A stretch of 64,000 nt of DNA, from assembly GCA_964016885.1 (NCBI GenBank), contig OZ024740.1:123132001-123196000 (forward strand), read 5' to 3'. The stretch is from Eledone cirrhosa (Eukaryota). The translations under genes were made by a program, and so were the position numbers. The first letter of the stretch is position 1. Every line of letters starts with the position of its first letter. Of this stretch, positions 25,501 through 39,092 are shown piece after piece. Below the pieces are notes generated by a model that worked only from the letters and a program-made list of their open reading frames with translations, ran no database searches and was not told the DNA's origin.

Positions 25501-28349
25501 CACTAACTTCAAAAAACGTGACAATCACCTGATCACCTATAGATCCGGGGAACACACAAGCCCGGTAGATTATATCCTTACCAGAAGACGTGACAGAGTG
25601 TCTGTTGTAAACACTAAATCCCTCCCCCATGAAGAATGCACCTCCCAACATAGACTGATAATTAGCGACCTCATAGTCAGGACGAGACGTACTCGACAGC
25701 AGAAGAGGACTATCCTCAGGAGAAAAATATGGAAGCTAAAGGACCCCACAGCCAAAAATAAATTTCAAAACATATTACTTGATGCTTTCGACAGTAAGGA
25801 AGAACATTTAGAGTCGGACAATATAGAGGGACAGTGGGAATTTCTGAAAGCAAACCTGCTGTTGGCGACAGACGAAGTCTGTGGCTGGAGCAGGCCTGTA
25901 GGCAGGAGGAGAGTAACATGGTGGTGGAACAGTAAGGTGGAGGGGTCAATTAAGGCCAAAAAGCAGGCTTGGAAAGTATGGCGGGATGGGGGAAGTAGAG
26001 TAGACTATCAAGTGGCCAGGAGGGAAGCTAGGAGAGAAGTGTACTTAGCAAGAAGGGAAGCTGAGGAAAGAAAGTTCAAGCATGTCCTACAACGCGATGA
26101 CCAAAAACGTGAGGTGTTCAGGATTGCTAGGCAATGCGTCAAGGAAAACCGTGATATTGTCGGGGAGAAGTGTGTACTTAACGATGATGGCATACTTGCC
26201 ATCACCGACACTGATAAGAAGGTAGCTTGGAAGTGTCACTATGAAAGGCTGCTAAATGAGGAGAATAAATGGGAGAAAGACAGTCTCCTCCATGTCGACA
26301 CAATAGAGGGACCAGCAGTGTTAGTCGAGGGGAGTATAATAAGTAAGGCAATCAAGGATATGAAGACAGGTAAGGCGGCTGGGCCTTCGGAAATAGTTGC
26401 TGAGATGCTGAAGGCATCTGGCACGGTGGGACACACCATGGTCACCCGCATAGTTAACCAAGTCGTACAGAATGGGGTTGTTCCGAAGGACTGGCATAGC
26501 AGCATCATCGTTAACTGTTATAAGGGTAAAGGAGACGCCCTAGATAGGAGTAACTATAGAGGCATTAAATTAATCGACAAGGTCATGAAGGTCACGGAAA
26601 AAGTAATAGCGCAACTAATCAGAGAGAGAATTGACCTAGATGAAATGCAGTTCGGGTTTGTGTCAGGCAAAAGTACCACAGACGCTCTTTTCATAGTACG
26701 ACAACTACAGGAGAAGTTCCTAGCTAAAGGTAAACCCCTCTACTTAGCTTTTGTCGACTTGGAGAAAGCCTTCGACAGAGTCCCCCGCTCCATTATCTGG
26801 TGGGCTCTTAGAAAACTAGGCGTTGACGAATGGCTTGTGAGGGCTATACAAGCCATGTATAAAGAAACAGTCAGCAAGGTTAGAATTAACAACGAATATA
26901 GTGAAGAGTTTAGCGTAAAAGTTGGCGTCCATCAGGGCTCTGTTCTCAGCCCCCTACTATTTATTATTGCCCTTCAGGCTATAACAGAGGAGTTCAAGAC
27001 AGGCTGCCCATGGGAACTCCTATACGCAGACGACCTGACACTCATAGCGGAATCAATGGTCGAGCTAGAGAAGAAATTCCAAACATGGAAGCACGGCCTA
27101 GAGTCAAAAGGACTTAAAATTAACCTGGCTAAGACCAAAGTTCTAGTTTGTAGGAAAGAAAACAAGGCGGCGGTCCCTTCTGGGAAATGGTCGTGCTCGG
27201 TGTGTAGGAAAGGCGTAGGTAGAAACTCCATTTTATGTCCTAAATGCAAAGTATGGGTGCATAAAAGATGTAGTGGGATCACAGGTAAGCTAACTAAGAA
27301 CATAGATTTTACATGTGGCCGGTGTTCTGGTGCAATAAGTAGCAGCAAGTGCCCACAAAATACTAGCTCTTTCAATTGCACAGAGGGTTCTATAGAAATA
27401 GTGGACAGCTTCCGTTACCTGGGCGATAAAATCAGCAGTGGGGGAGGGTGCTCTGAAAGTACTGTAGCTAGAGTCAGAACTGGTTGGAAAAAGTTCAGAG
27501 AGCTTATACCACTATTAGCTGCTAAAGGGTTCTCCCTAAAAATGAAAGGCAGGTTGTACGATGCCTGCATACGAACAGCAATGTTGCATGGCAGTGAGAC
27601 CTGGGCATTGTGTGCAGAGGATATACGCAGACTAGAGAGGAACGAAGCTTGCATGCTCCGCTGGATGTGTAACAGTAATATACGTGAACGGCAAAGCATA
27701 AACGAACTAAGGAAAAAATTAGAGATAAGAGGGATCAGATGTTGTTTACTCGAGAGAAGGCTACGTTGGTATGGACACGTGATGCGCATGAAAGTCGATA
27801 GCTGTATAACAAAGTGCAGGGCAATAAAGATAGACGGTAGCCACAGAATAGGCAGACCTAGAAAAACCTGGGACGAGCTGATAAACTCCGACCTCACACA
27901 CTTACACCTCTCCAAGACAATGTCACTGGACCGAGACCTTTGGCGGTACTCAGTAACAGAGAAGACCCGCCTTGCCAGTAGGCATCTCTAACAAAATACA
28001 CCCCGTCCCGCCACCACCCCCACCCATCCACACCACCCCGTCCTATGTAAAGTTATGTTGGTGCCGCGCCATCCAGGCCGAAACAAATGAGATCGTGTAG
28101 GTGTCACGACAAAAAAACACACAGTCCACGCTGTAATCTGGCCGTGTAGGCAACACGGTAAAAACCTCCCAGACCCACACTGTAAATGTGGTTGGTGTTA
28201 GGAAGGGCATCCAACTGTAGAAAACCTGCCAGACAGTCCTATGCGAGCAAGACAATCACTCTTGCCTCAAGTGGGAAAACCCCCGTCCAAACCCATGCAA
28301 GCGTGGAACACGGACGTTAAACGTTGATGATGATGATGATGATGATGAT
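25498..28349 (+). mobile_element. RTE-clade LINE, 5'-truncated within the endonuclease, with (GAT)n tail, inserted in (TA)n
   Basis: Starts right after (TA)n with FKKRDNHLITYRSG, continues as a long ORF, and ends ggacgttaaacgtt(gat)n followed by tatatata. Confidence 0.95.
25598..27991 (+). CDS. RTE ORF: end of APE endonuclease plus reverse transcriptase with an internal PHD finger (N-terminus missing)
   Basis: 797 open codons with SQHRLI, KAAGPS, YKGKGD..NYRGIKL, QFGF, FVDLEKAFDRVPR, GVHQGSVLSP, LLYADD, a C4HC3 finger at 27194-27325, VDSFRYLG, GSETW, RLRWYGHV and GRPRKTW. Confidence 0.93.
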   Translation: MSVVNTKSLPHEECTSQHRLIISDLIVRTRRTRQQKRTILRRKIWKLKDPTAKNKFQNILLDAFDSKEEHLESDNIEGQWEFLKANLLLATDEVCGWSRPVGRRRVTWWWNSKVEGSIKAKKQAWKVWRDGGSRVDYQVARREARREVYLARREAEERKFKHVLQRDDQKREVFRIARQCVKENRDIVGEKCVLNDDGILAITDTDKKVAWKCHYERLLNEENKWEKDSLLHVDTIEGPAVLVEGSIISKAIKDMKTGKAAGPSEIVAEMLKASGTVGHTMVTRIVNQVVQNGVVPKDWHSSIIVNCYKGKGDALDRSNYRGIKLIDKVMKVTEKVIAQLIRERIDLDEMQFGFVSGKSTTDALFIVRQLQEKFLAKGKPLYLAFVDLEKAFDRVPRSIIWWALRKLGVDEWLVRAIQAMYKETVSKVRINNEYSEEFSVKVGVHQGSVLSPLLFIIALQAITEEFKTGCPWELLYADDLTLIAESMVELEKKFQTWKHGLESKGLKINLAKTKVLVCRKENKAAVPSGKWSCSVCRKGVGRNSILCPKCKVWVHKRCSGITGKLTKNIDFTCGRCSGAISSSKCPQNTSSFNCTEGSIEIVDSFRYLGDKISSGGGCSESTVARVRTGWKKFRELIPLLAAKGFSLKMKGRLYDACIRTAMLHGSETWALCAEDIRRLERNEACMLRWMCNSNIRERQSINELRKKLEIRGIRCCLLERRLRWYGHVMRMKVDSCITKCRAIKIDGSHRIGRPRKTWDELINSDLTHLHLSKTMSLDRDLWRYSVTEKTRLASRHL

Positions 28350-30999
28350 TATATATAGTGTTAGGAACTCAAAATAGTCTTTTACAATTAAATAGCTCAA
28401 AGAAAGGAATATTTCCAAGCCGTGTAATACAAATGAATATATGATAGGGATAAACACTGATACAAGTATACATGTGTTCACATTGCAAATGACCAAGTTA
28501 GCTAGATTGAAAAATACTAATTAAAATAATACGGTTTGCCTGTCTCGATTTAAAATAATAAATCAATAAAAACAAACCTATATTGGCAATAGCCATGATA
28601 CCCGGACAAATTTTAAATTTATTTCACAACAATTAAGTGAAAGTTAATTGTAACCAAACACATTGTAACCAAACAGAATGCCAGTTATATATATATATAT
28701 ATATACACACATATATATATATATATATATAACTGGCATTTGTTTGGTTACAATGAGTTTTCCAGATGATATGTTCAATGGAACAGACTGCTCATGAAAT
28801 CAATGGGCAAGTGGCTGAGCATTAACATTCCACAGACACAATCCCTAAGCCTACTTCTCAGGGTGATTCTGTGGGACACAGAATGTGACATGGCTGGCTC
28901 TCCAAATTACATGTACAACTCATTATTACCATCTAAGTATCCTAGAGTAACATGAAATAAGGTATATTGCTGAAAGACACTTCACATCAGTGGGAATCAA
29001 AGTCACAACCATATGATCATGGCTGAACAATCTAACCACTAAGCTATGTTACTTTACATGCCTACATATATATAAATATATATTAGAACTGGATTCTCAA
29101 TGTATATATATAAATATAAAGAGTGAGACATAGGAGTATGAAAGAAAGAGGAAGACATGTATATCATTTTTTTAATAACCCAAACCAAAGTTATTATTTC
29201 TAAGATGTGTAAGTGCAACATGATTAGAACAAACACTACTTGTTATTTTTGAAAACAATAATTCAATATATTTTGCATGTGCAAAAATTTCTCAAGGAAA
29301 ATAGCTATTTCAATGTAGGAATTTCCAAAGCAATATTCTCTGACTAGTTTGAAAACCATTTTCTATGAGACATTAAATGGTATTGTACTTGTATAAAGAT
29401 TCCTAGTGCCAACCAGTTGAGGCTAATTCTTGTTAATTGTGTTGCACATATAAACATGTTATTTCTTATCACGAGTTACATATATTTCCAACAGACCTGT
29501 AATGCCTTTGATCTATCAAATGGATCAAGAAATATGAAAGTCAGTCAGGTTAACCTATGTGAATAAATTCATGCATGGAATGTTCATGGAAGTTCAGCAC
29601 CAGTGTTAGTATAAAGCCAATTTGAAAAGATGTAATATCAGAGATGCAACACGGATTGGATCTAAAGCTAGGTGACTGGATTGATAAAGTAGAATGATAG
29701 ATAATTTATTGATGGCATCCTTATTCAATTTTATTAAGGTTGATGATGATCATCATGATGAAGAGGAGGAGATGGCATGTGATGGTGGTGATGAAGAATA
29801 GCAACATCAATACCAATTTGACACGAATATCAGCAAAATGGTGTAGCCATGACTGGTGATGGTGATGGTGATGAGGAAGTGAAAGATGAAACAGATATCA
29901 ATTGAAGAGAGAAGAAAATTGTTAACGTCATTCGCTAAAGGGATTTCAGACCTAATATATCCACAGTTGGCTATAAATACAGAAAGAAAGTATTGAGATA
30001 CTCATGAGGTTTCTCCTGTTAAGCTCCAAGGTTATATATCACATGACAATGAACAAAATGAAAGATAATGAAAATTAGAATAATAATGAAGATGAAAATG
30101 AAGAAAATTCTAAGTTGTAGGGAAAAAATATGCGACAAATTTTCAACAACCAGATATCTTTCAGATGCAAACTCAAAATTTATTTGTTTGGGTTATATTG
30201 CTCATTTTCATGGGATGTGTCTTTTATGCAAGTCATCAATATATGTCACCACTTGCTTAAAACTTTGTCGACATGAAGATGCAAGTGGTATGTTGACAAA
30301 CACCAACATACACACACAAATGTAAAACTCATACACATGTGACAGGCCTCCTTACAGTTTCTTTCCAACAAATTTACTCATATGGCATTGGTATATCTAA
30401 GGCTACTATAGTACACACTTACATAAGGTGCCACGTATTATGATTAAATCCAAAGCCATGTGGTTTCAAAGTGAATTTCTTAAACAGAAAAACATGCATT
30501 CACACATATATACTATATATACATATGTGCATGTCTGTGTGGGTACCATGTTTGTGCACATCGATGTATGTGCTTCAGACTGGATAAAGTAGATAGTGAC
30601 TAATTTAAGTGGTTGGTGCTTAGAATGGCCATAGAAACCTAGTAAAAAAGTAATGAGAAGATCTTCAGTTATAACATGACAATTTCTCTTGTTTTGGTGA
30701 CATGAAATATGCATCCAGGACACACTGCAAAATAGTTGGTTATAGAAAGAGCAACCATTTGTAGAAACCATGCTGAAAAAGAGTCATGGTGATTTTTCTA
30801 CTGGTTCCACAATAATTATACACTCAGTCCACTCAGTAAGGTTTTTGAATGCATGTAAGTAAGGTGCACACCACAGCCCATCTGAGAGGTTAGTGACTCT
30901 ATGTGAATAATGAAATGGTCTGCAATGACTTGTGCAGCCCATCCTAGCATGGAATATTAACATTAAATGAAATGCAACTCCAGACCAAACAGTAGTAAG

Positions 31000-32880
31000 C
31001 AACTAGCGGAGATGGAGCATTGGGTGACACTGTTAGCTCTCAAGGAAATTCTCACAATACAAATATGTAATTACAATGAAAGGGAATAAAGACCACTTCT
31101 AAAATAACCTAGTTCAGGGAGAATTTCCAAATTGGTGACTGTCATGAATAAGACCACAAAACTGCAGTATGGTCAGATACAATAAAAGCAATCATACTGC
31201 ATCTGCCTTCGTGTGGGATAGTAAGGACTTGTTTACAAATATATTACAGTTTCCATCCAACGTCATAAAAACTGATGATCGGCCTACAACCTGTTTTGGA
31301 AGCACGTGTTATATTTTCCATAGTCCTAAAGATGGTCCAGTCAGAAGTGAACATTAAGAATGGACAACTGGAATGTTATAACTCTAATAGGTTAGAAGCA
31401 GGAACTAGTGGAAAAGGCCAGATGTTATCAACTAGATATAGGCTGGGTATTCCCAACAAATTTCTCTGGCTCTGGTACCAGAAATGACTACCCAGGGAGG
31501 AAGAGGGATACACAGAAATCTCTGGATGTCGAACATGTTTTGGATTGTGTCCCATTGGGAAAGCAGATTTGCCTGTTGATGCTTAGGCTAACATATAGGG
31601 CAAGTTTATACACAAAAGAGAGAGTCAGAATACAGATCTTTTTTTGATGAAGACACTGCAGTGTTAAATGTAGTTAACACATGTTAGCACTGAATACTTA
31701 TCATAGAAAAGAGTGATTGGAAGGATTGTAAATCCCAATTTAAATGTGAAAATTGAGACCATATTAGACTTCTGTTTTTATAATGGGCTCTCTATTTTGA
31801 AAAGTATCTTCCAGCACAAAGACATCCATAAGTACACAGTGTATAAGGAAATCAAGGATAGAGATCAGTAATTGATTTCTATTCTTGTCTCTAATCTCTT
31901 TGATTATGTGCTGAATGTAATTGTTAAGAGAGGGGATAAGTTGTCAATTGATTGCCATCTTGTTATCTGTAACTTGAGATTATCTAGTCAAGAAAACTCA
32001 CAAAACTGTTGAGTTCAGCTTGAAAAACTGGGTAAATTGGGAAGTGTTGGCTGATGAGGGAATCAGGACCAGGTATGCAGATACTATTGCATCCAGACTC
32101 AGAGAACTCCCTGAGAAAACTGAGGACATTGAAATAGAGTAGAGACTGATCAGCTTGGTAGTTTCTGTTTCGCCTGTTAAATGCTTTGAATGAAAGCAGC
32201 TTGGCATGGCGCTGGGTGTGCTGAAAACACCCTTGTTCAAATGGGAGGTTAAAGACGGTACAGGAGGCGGCTCTCAACCTTTGAGTTAGAAGTAAGTGTT
32301 CCTTCTTGCACTTGCTGTACAAGCAGGTGCAAAATGTCACAGCAGACATAGTAAAGTTCTCAAAAGTTAGGACATGGGAGGATTCTGAGGTTAGCAAATG
32401 AATTGTTCTGGCAAACCATGTTGATTTTGTAATAAGAAGTCTCCCTCCAGAGCTGTGATGAGTAACTCATCTGGGTTTTTTTGTCTGAAGAGAGGTGTAT
32501 CCTTGTGAGGTGGAGAGAATACTTTGTTGATCGCCTAAATCCTGTCACAATAAATCTGCTGTATATGCAGTGCAACTAGGGGGAAATACTAACCTCTCTG
32601 TTGTTGAGGTCTCCAGAATAATTAAATGTGACAAGACTTCTGGGGAGAATGAAATTCAGCACAAGATTTTAAGTCTTAAGATGAGAAGATATTCTCCGTC
32701 TGACACGTGTGTACTGGGTGGCCTACATCTCTGGAAAGGCGCCAAAGCAGTGGAAATCAGAAGTTATAATCCTAAGTTTCAAAACAAGAGACAAAATAGA
32801 TTGCTGTAATTATAGAGGAATCTCCTTGATAATTCTTCCCAGAAAAATCTAAGCTAAGTGTCTGATTTGTTCTGGAAAGA
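31000..32880 (+). pseudogene. Highly decayed RTE (Expander/Rex3-like) endonuclease to early RT fragment
   Basis: Degenerate peptides IFQHKDIHKYT (about 31805), VIDF, RWREYF (about 32508) and NYRGISL (about 32808). Confidence 0.65.
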
Positions 32881-35800
32881 GAAAGTTGTGACAATTCCCA
32901 TTATCATTTTACATCCACTTTCCATGTTTGCATGAATTGGATGAATCACAATGTCTGTGATTAGATTGGTTAGGGAACCATTCTTGTGTTTTGTATTTGG
33001 CATGGTTTCTACAGTTGAATGCCCTTCCTAATGCCATCAATTTTACAGTGTATTCTGGGTGCATTTTATTGTGACACAGCAATACCATTTTGTAAATTGT
33101 ACTCTGCATTTTATTGTGACACCAGTGGTAACACTTTACAGAGGGTACTAAATGCATTCTATCATGGCAAAAGCACATGTGAAATGATATTTCTAAAACC
33201 AACATATTTGCAGAGAACAGATTGCAGTGGTACAACACAAATGTGAACACCACAAAATAAACAATGAATCAATATAAAATATTTTGTGGCTTCTTTTTAA
33301 TGGCTAAAATGGCTCTTCCACTATGTAAAGAAATCAAACCTTTCCAAAATTATGGAAACCACTTTTTTCTTTCAGTTATTTAAAGCAATCCACAAAAGTG
33401 TACTCTCTTTAGATCATACACCACTGTGTATGTAGATATCAGGAAAAGAGTAATTTCTAGTGTAAAGATAAAATTGCTAAAAACTAATAAAATAAAAATG
33501 AAAATACAAAAAGTATATGATAGAAAATAGCATCAGCATCATCTGAAAACTTTGGCAATTTCTTTCTACCAATAATGAGATGGGAAGGTTGTAACAGAAA
33601 GTAAACAGTTACAGAGGCTGAGAAGTAAATATAGTATTGATAGCAAAGACATTTTGTTTGATACTAATTACTATGAATTTCGGTTACTGCTCTGTGTTGA
33701 CAGGAAACTGTAAATAGTAATACATGCTGGACACACTTCTATATTAACAGTAGCTTACATAAGACCATCAACACATTGAAAGATGCACGTACGTATACAG
33801 CTAGGCATTTACACAACAAATCAAGAAAATTTAAAAAAGGAAAATAATACTAAACCAAAAATCAAAATCTAAAAACAAGAAAAATGGCCCCCAAGTTTGT
33901 GTAAATAGAATGGAGAAAACTATCTGTGTGTGCTGATCACAATAATATAAGCTTGGAGAAGTTTTTGTAGAAACAGACTGATGTCTTCATTGCAACAAAA
34001 CCATCATATCGCGTGACTTAGCAGGTCAGAGCAACACTAATATAATGGCTAATCAAATTAAGAATACAAGTGAAAGAAGATGTACAAAACATTCATATAA
34101 TTCTAGCAAATTAAAAGGAAAAACACTGAGACATTTCTAAAACATCACTGTTCAAATATAAAACTTGTGTAACGACCAGTTCTCTTTAAAAGAATATATA
34201 TTGTTCTAGCTTTAGGCTGAAATTGAAAGTATTCAGATATTAGCAGTTCTTTGAAGTGTTTGTAATAGTTCTAAATAATAAATGGGTGTCAAACAATACA
34301 TTCCAAATAATATAATGCTTAATACTGGGATATTTCCTCTTACAGAAAACTGTGGACATTTTTATTAAGGAACTAAGAAGGAAAGAATCAGATAAGTTTG
34401 CATTGTTTTCTTATACAAAAGGATATGAAAAAATTCTAAACTCTTAATATTTCGAAGACTAAAGGTATTTTGTATAAAATAACCTTAAACAATAAATATT
34501 GGAAATATATAATATCCTACTCAAAAAGCATCCATTCTCTTGAACAATAGCATTTGAACCTTGTAAAAAAATATATTCAAAACAGTTATTTAAAATTTCA
34601 GCTCAAGCAAGGCAAAGTTTAGATTTGATTTATAGCATTCAACCTCTTTCATATAATTCAACACTTACTGCTAAAAGTAATACCATAGATATAAATCAAT
34701 GGCAAAGGATCAAATATTACATTAATTTATAATTGTAGATAACATTTTATATAGAGGAAATGAAATGAGTGAGCAAAGCATAGATTTACAACAAACATTT
34801 TGACAATTTGTAAGAAACAATACTGTTAAGAAATAAATGAAATGGGAATGGAATGGTATATCATCATCACTATTACATAAATTTTTCTGTACTTGCATGG
34901 ATTGAATGAGTCCTCTCCTGTACAGCAAGCCTGCACTTGTCTTTTTCTTCTGTCGTCTCCTTTGTGAACTTCGCCACATCTTTCTACTTTGAACTCCTAG
35001 CATTTATTCACTCAACAATCATCATCCATATAGATTATGGCCATACCACGCTATGTTTAATTCCTTTTTATTCAGTTTTTTTGGGGGGTGGGGGGGACTC
35101 AACTGTGCTTCAACATTCATGCTGTCTAACATCATACATTCAGGGGATCATGCAAAATTAATTTCTTACTAAAATCTTCTCACTCACTGCATTCAGGGCT
35201 TACATCTCACAACATTGTACTTTATACACAGATTGCAAACAAGAGGCATAATTACTGTTACTGCTGAATCCTATAACCTAAGACAAGGGCAAAAGCTTAG
35301 AGCAGTATATAAGAGAATTCCTGTGGGTTGCATTTCTGAAGAGGAATGATATAGCAGTATATTTCGGGTAGGATCTTAGAAGATATGAAACAATAAAGAT
35401 AATGATGAGAGACAGATGTATTAGGTAAACCTAAGTGGATGGGTTAGGTAATTGTGAAGATCAAAAGCAGAAGTAGCTATAATAGAAGTGGAACAGAAAA
35501 TACACCATACATCTTCAAACCACCCAGGAGTGCATGAACTTTTCAATTCAGTCAAATAGCCATCTTTAGGTCTCAGTCTATGTTGTTAGTGTGTTTTGCA
35601 ACTGCCCCATTCCAAATGACAATAACATTGTTAATTTTGAAATTATCATTATCATCAATATCATCATCAATAACTTCATCAATATCATCACCAATATCAT
35701 CATCATTTACATACAACTTTCTACGGAGGCATGGTTGGACATGTATTTATAATCTGAGTTAGTTTTAATTCAGAGTTACTACCCTCCTAAACATTTCATT

Positions 35801-38343
35801 ATATGGCATAATTTCTATAGCCGAATGCCCTTCCTAATATAAACCACCTTACAAAGTGTACTGAGTACATTTTATAATGGAACTAACACTAAGGAGGTAT
35901 GTGAGCAATATTTGGAAGTGAAATTGACACTCAAATACATGAGTCTTTCTTGTAAATTTGATGATGTGATATTATCTTAGTTTATTATGAAAAAAAGTTT
36001 AAGAAAAATAACATTGGAAATTATCGTCTCTCACTTTCTGTCTACTATCTTTTAACCTCTTATGCCAGCAAACAAATAAAAACCATATGCTCAGTTCATA
36101 CAAGTTAATCCATAAATTGTCTGAATCATTTTATAAGTTTCTGTAGGATTTTTACTTTTATAGTATAGCGAGTTTCCAAATTGTCTTTACATCTAGACTG
36201 CATTCTGCAAACTAGTCCGATGTAACAAGTAATGTTTAATAGGGTGTATTCATTTGCTGTTATAGCTGCCCACTTCAATCTGGAATAACAAAAGATTGTG
36301 GATCAGCTATTTAGATGTACAGTAACATTATACTAAAATTATAATAATCTAAGACAGTTATAATTGCGTCTTCTAAAAAGTCTCAACACTTTTCAAATAC
36401 ACCTTGTACATTGCTGAACTAAAATTATATCCAGATCTTAAATTTATCAGTAATTTTAGTGTTTAAATTTTTATTAACTAAGCCTTTAAAAAATGTTCAC
36501 ATTTTACTCACACAAAAATTCTTTCATTGCTAAATTACTTAATAAACATGTTCATAATATTGTAAACAAAAATGTTGTGAATTCTATAGAGTGAATATAA
36601 AACCTTAGTAATTCTAATATATGTCATGGTTGAATATATATCATGGTTGAAGGGATTATTGCTCTTTCTGCCATTATTCTCTGAATTAGATAGACTAAGA
36701 CAGGGGTCGGCAACCCCTGGCCCACGGGCCACATCCGACCCGCGAGTGATTTTTGTCCGGCCCGCCATCTTACACTGGACATTAATTATCTAATTAGTGT
36801 CGAATACAGATACAGTAGTTCATTTCAAGGTTGTGCCGACCTGATGCCCATCACAAATCGCTGCTCATACCGTATATATTTACAGATACCTTTAAACCTT
36901 ATTATATTTTCCATTTATTATTATTTCCTCTTATCCATCTTTTTCTGGGCTTTCCGCCAAGCATTATATCACCTGTATTATTATTTCCTGTGATTTCATG
37001 TATGTCTTTTTGTTCCAGTCAACTAACACAAATGTTGCCTGGAAGTATGCATTTTCGTCAGCGACTGGAAGGTATACTACCTACGGTTTGCACGACTTGC
37101 TTTTATACCCATATTGTCATTCAATAAAATCACTCGTGAATTATTGTCGTCTTCGTTTGCCTGACCTTACCTGTGCCCCCCGGCACAATGTAAAGCTGTC
37201 GTTAGAAAAATTACTTTGTTCCCTCCTCCCCAGAGTATTTTCATTTGAGTTTGTTGTCTGGTGGTATAACAACTATACAGTAGGTATCTTTATTCGATAA
37301 TAACGTTTATTTAATTATTTGTGATAAATTGATTGAATTATTAATATTAGAATTAGGCCAAAAGTGGTTTTAAAAAAAGGGCAGCGCTAATCTAACAACG
37401 TCGTTAGACACCTGGTTTTATATAATTTATTCACAATTATCATATTTTATCGCATTACTGTATTTGCATTTACATTTTTTTTCATTGTTTCTTATTTATT
37501 CATTCTGATTATTATACTTTTTGTTCTTTTTCCTTTCCATAAATCTTTTTTGTTTGAACAAAAACAAGCCCATGGAAGCTAAGAAAAGAAAAGTGGATTT
37601 GGAGTGCCGAACCTTTAAAGATGGCTGGACACTTAGCTATTTTTTCATTGAGCACTTCGGAAACCATTGCCGTGAAGAAAGTTTCAAATATTAAATGGCA
37701 CTATGAAACTCGTCATAATCATTACAACAGTTTTGATGGAAAAGCACGAGTAAACGAGGTTGTACGGCTGAGAAATAATGTAACAAAGCAATCATCCTTT
37801 TTCACTAGAGATGTCAAAACTAATTGCAGAAAGGATGAAACCTTTTACTGATGGAGATTTCTTCAACGAATTATTGTTGAAGGTAGCAGATGTTGTTTGT
37901 CCAGAAAAAAGGGAATTATTTTCTGCGATCAGCTTAACAGCAAAAACAGTAACAAGGCGAATTGAGGAGCTGGCAGCAATGTCAGAAATGGCTTGGAGGG
38001 CATTTTAAATAATCTGGAGTATTATTCCATTGCTATCGATGAAACCACAGATATGAAGGATACTTGTCAAATTGCAGTGTTTATGAGGGTTGTAACACCA
38101 ACATTTGATATTGTGGATGAATTTGTACAATTGATTCCTATGAAGGACACTAGCGCTGGAGCAGATATTTTGGAAAGCATAATAAAATCGATTACCGAAA
38201 TGAATCTGGATGTATCAAAGCTTTCTGGAGTAATCACAGATGGAGCACCAGCAATGGTTGGAGAGAAAAAGGGGTTTGCTCCAAAACCACATGGGTATTG
38301 ATAAAAAACTAATCAAACTTCATTGCATTATTCATCAAGAAGC

Positions 38344-38459
38344 CGCCAAGGTTAACTTTGCTTTTCATCCTTACAGGGTCGATAAAATAAAGTACCAGTA
38401 ATGTACTGGGTAATTGCTGGCCTTGTGCCAAAAGTAGAAACAATTATTCATCAATAAGC
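38344..38459 (+). mobile_element. 5'-truncated SINE family 1 copy inside the transposase CxxH motif, with 17-bp TSD
   Basis: attattcatcaagaagc (38327-38343) and attattcatcaataagc (38443-38459). Confidence 0.9.
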
Positions 38460-39092
38460 ATTATGTGCAAAGTCACTGAATTTTAAGGACATCATGGCAG
38501 TGGTCATGAAAACAGTGAATTTTATACTGTCAAGAGGACTAAATCACCGCCAGTTTCAAGAATTTCTAAAACAAATTGATGGCATTGAGAGAAGAGATTT
38601 CTATGTTTTTAGAGAGCAACGACCAAGATAATTCTTACTTTCAGGATCCACAGTGGGTTGTCAAGTTAGCTTTTCTAGTGGACATCACAACCCACATGGA
38701 CACTTTGAATCTAGAGCTTCAAGGAAAGAACAAGGTTGTATTTCAGATGTTTGGTCAAATTACTGCTTTTGAGAGAAAACTTCGACTGTGGAAATCACAA
38801 CTTCAAAAAGGAAACTACTCTCATTTCCTAAGTCACCAATATCACAAGAGAGATATAATACCAGACATCTTTGTGAGATCTATTAAGGATTTGAGAAGCA
38901 AGTTTTCCTCTCATTTTGCTGACTTCCGGCAATGTGGAACTCTATTTAAGTTATTTGGTACTCCTTACGAAACAGATGTGGAGCAAGTGGCAGAAGAATA
39001 TCAGTTGGAGTTAATTGACTTATAGTGCGACGAATCTTTGAAATTGAAATTTCAGTTAGAATCCACTGCTGACTTCTACAAGAAATATATAT

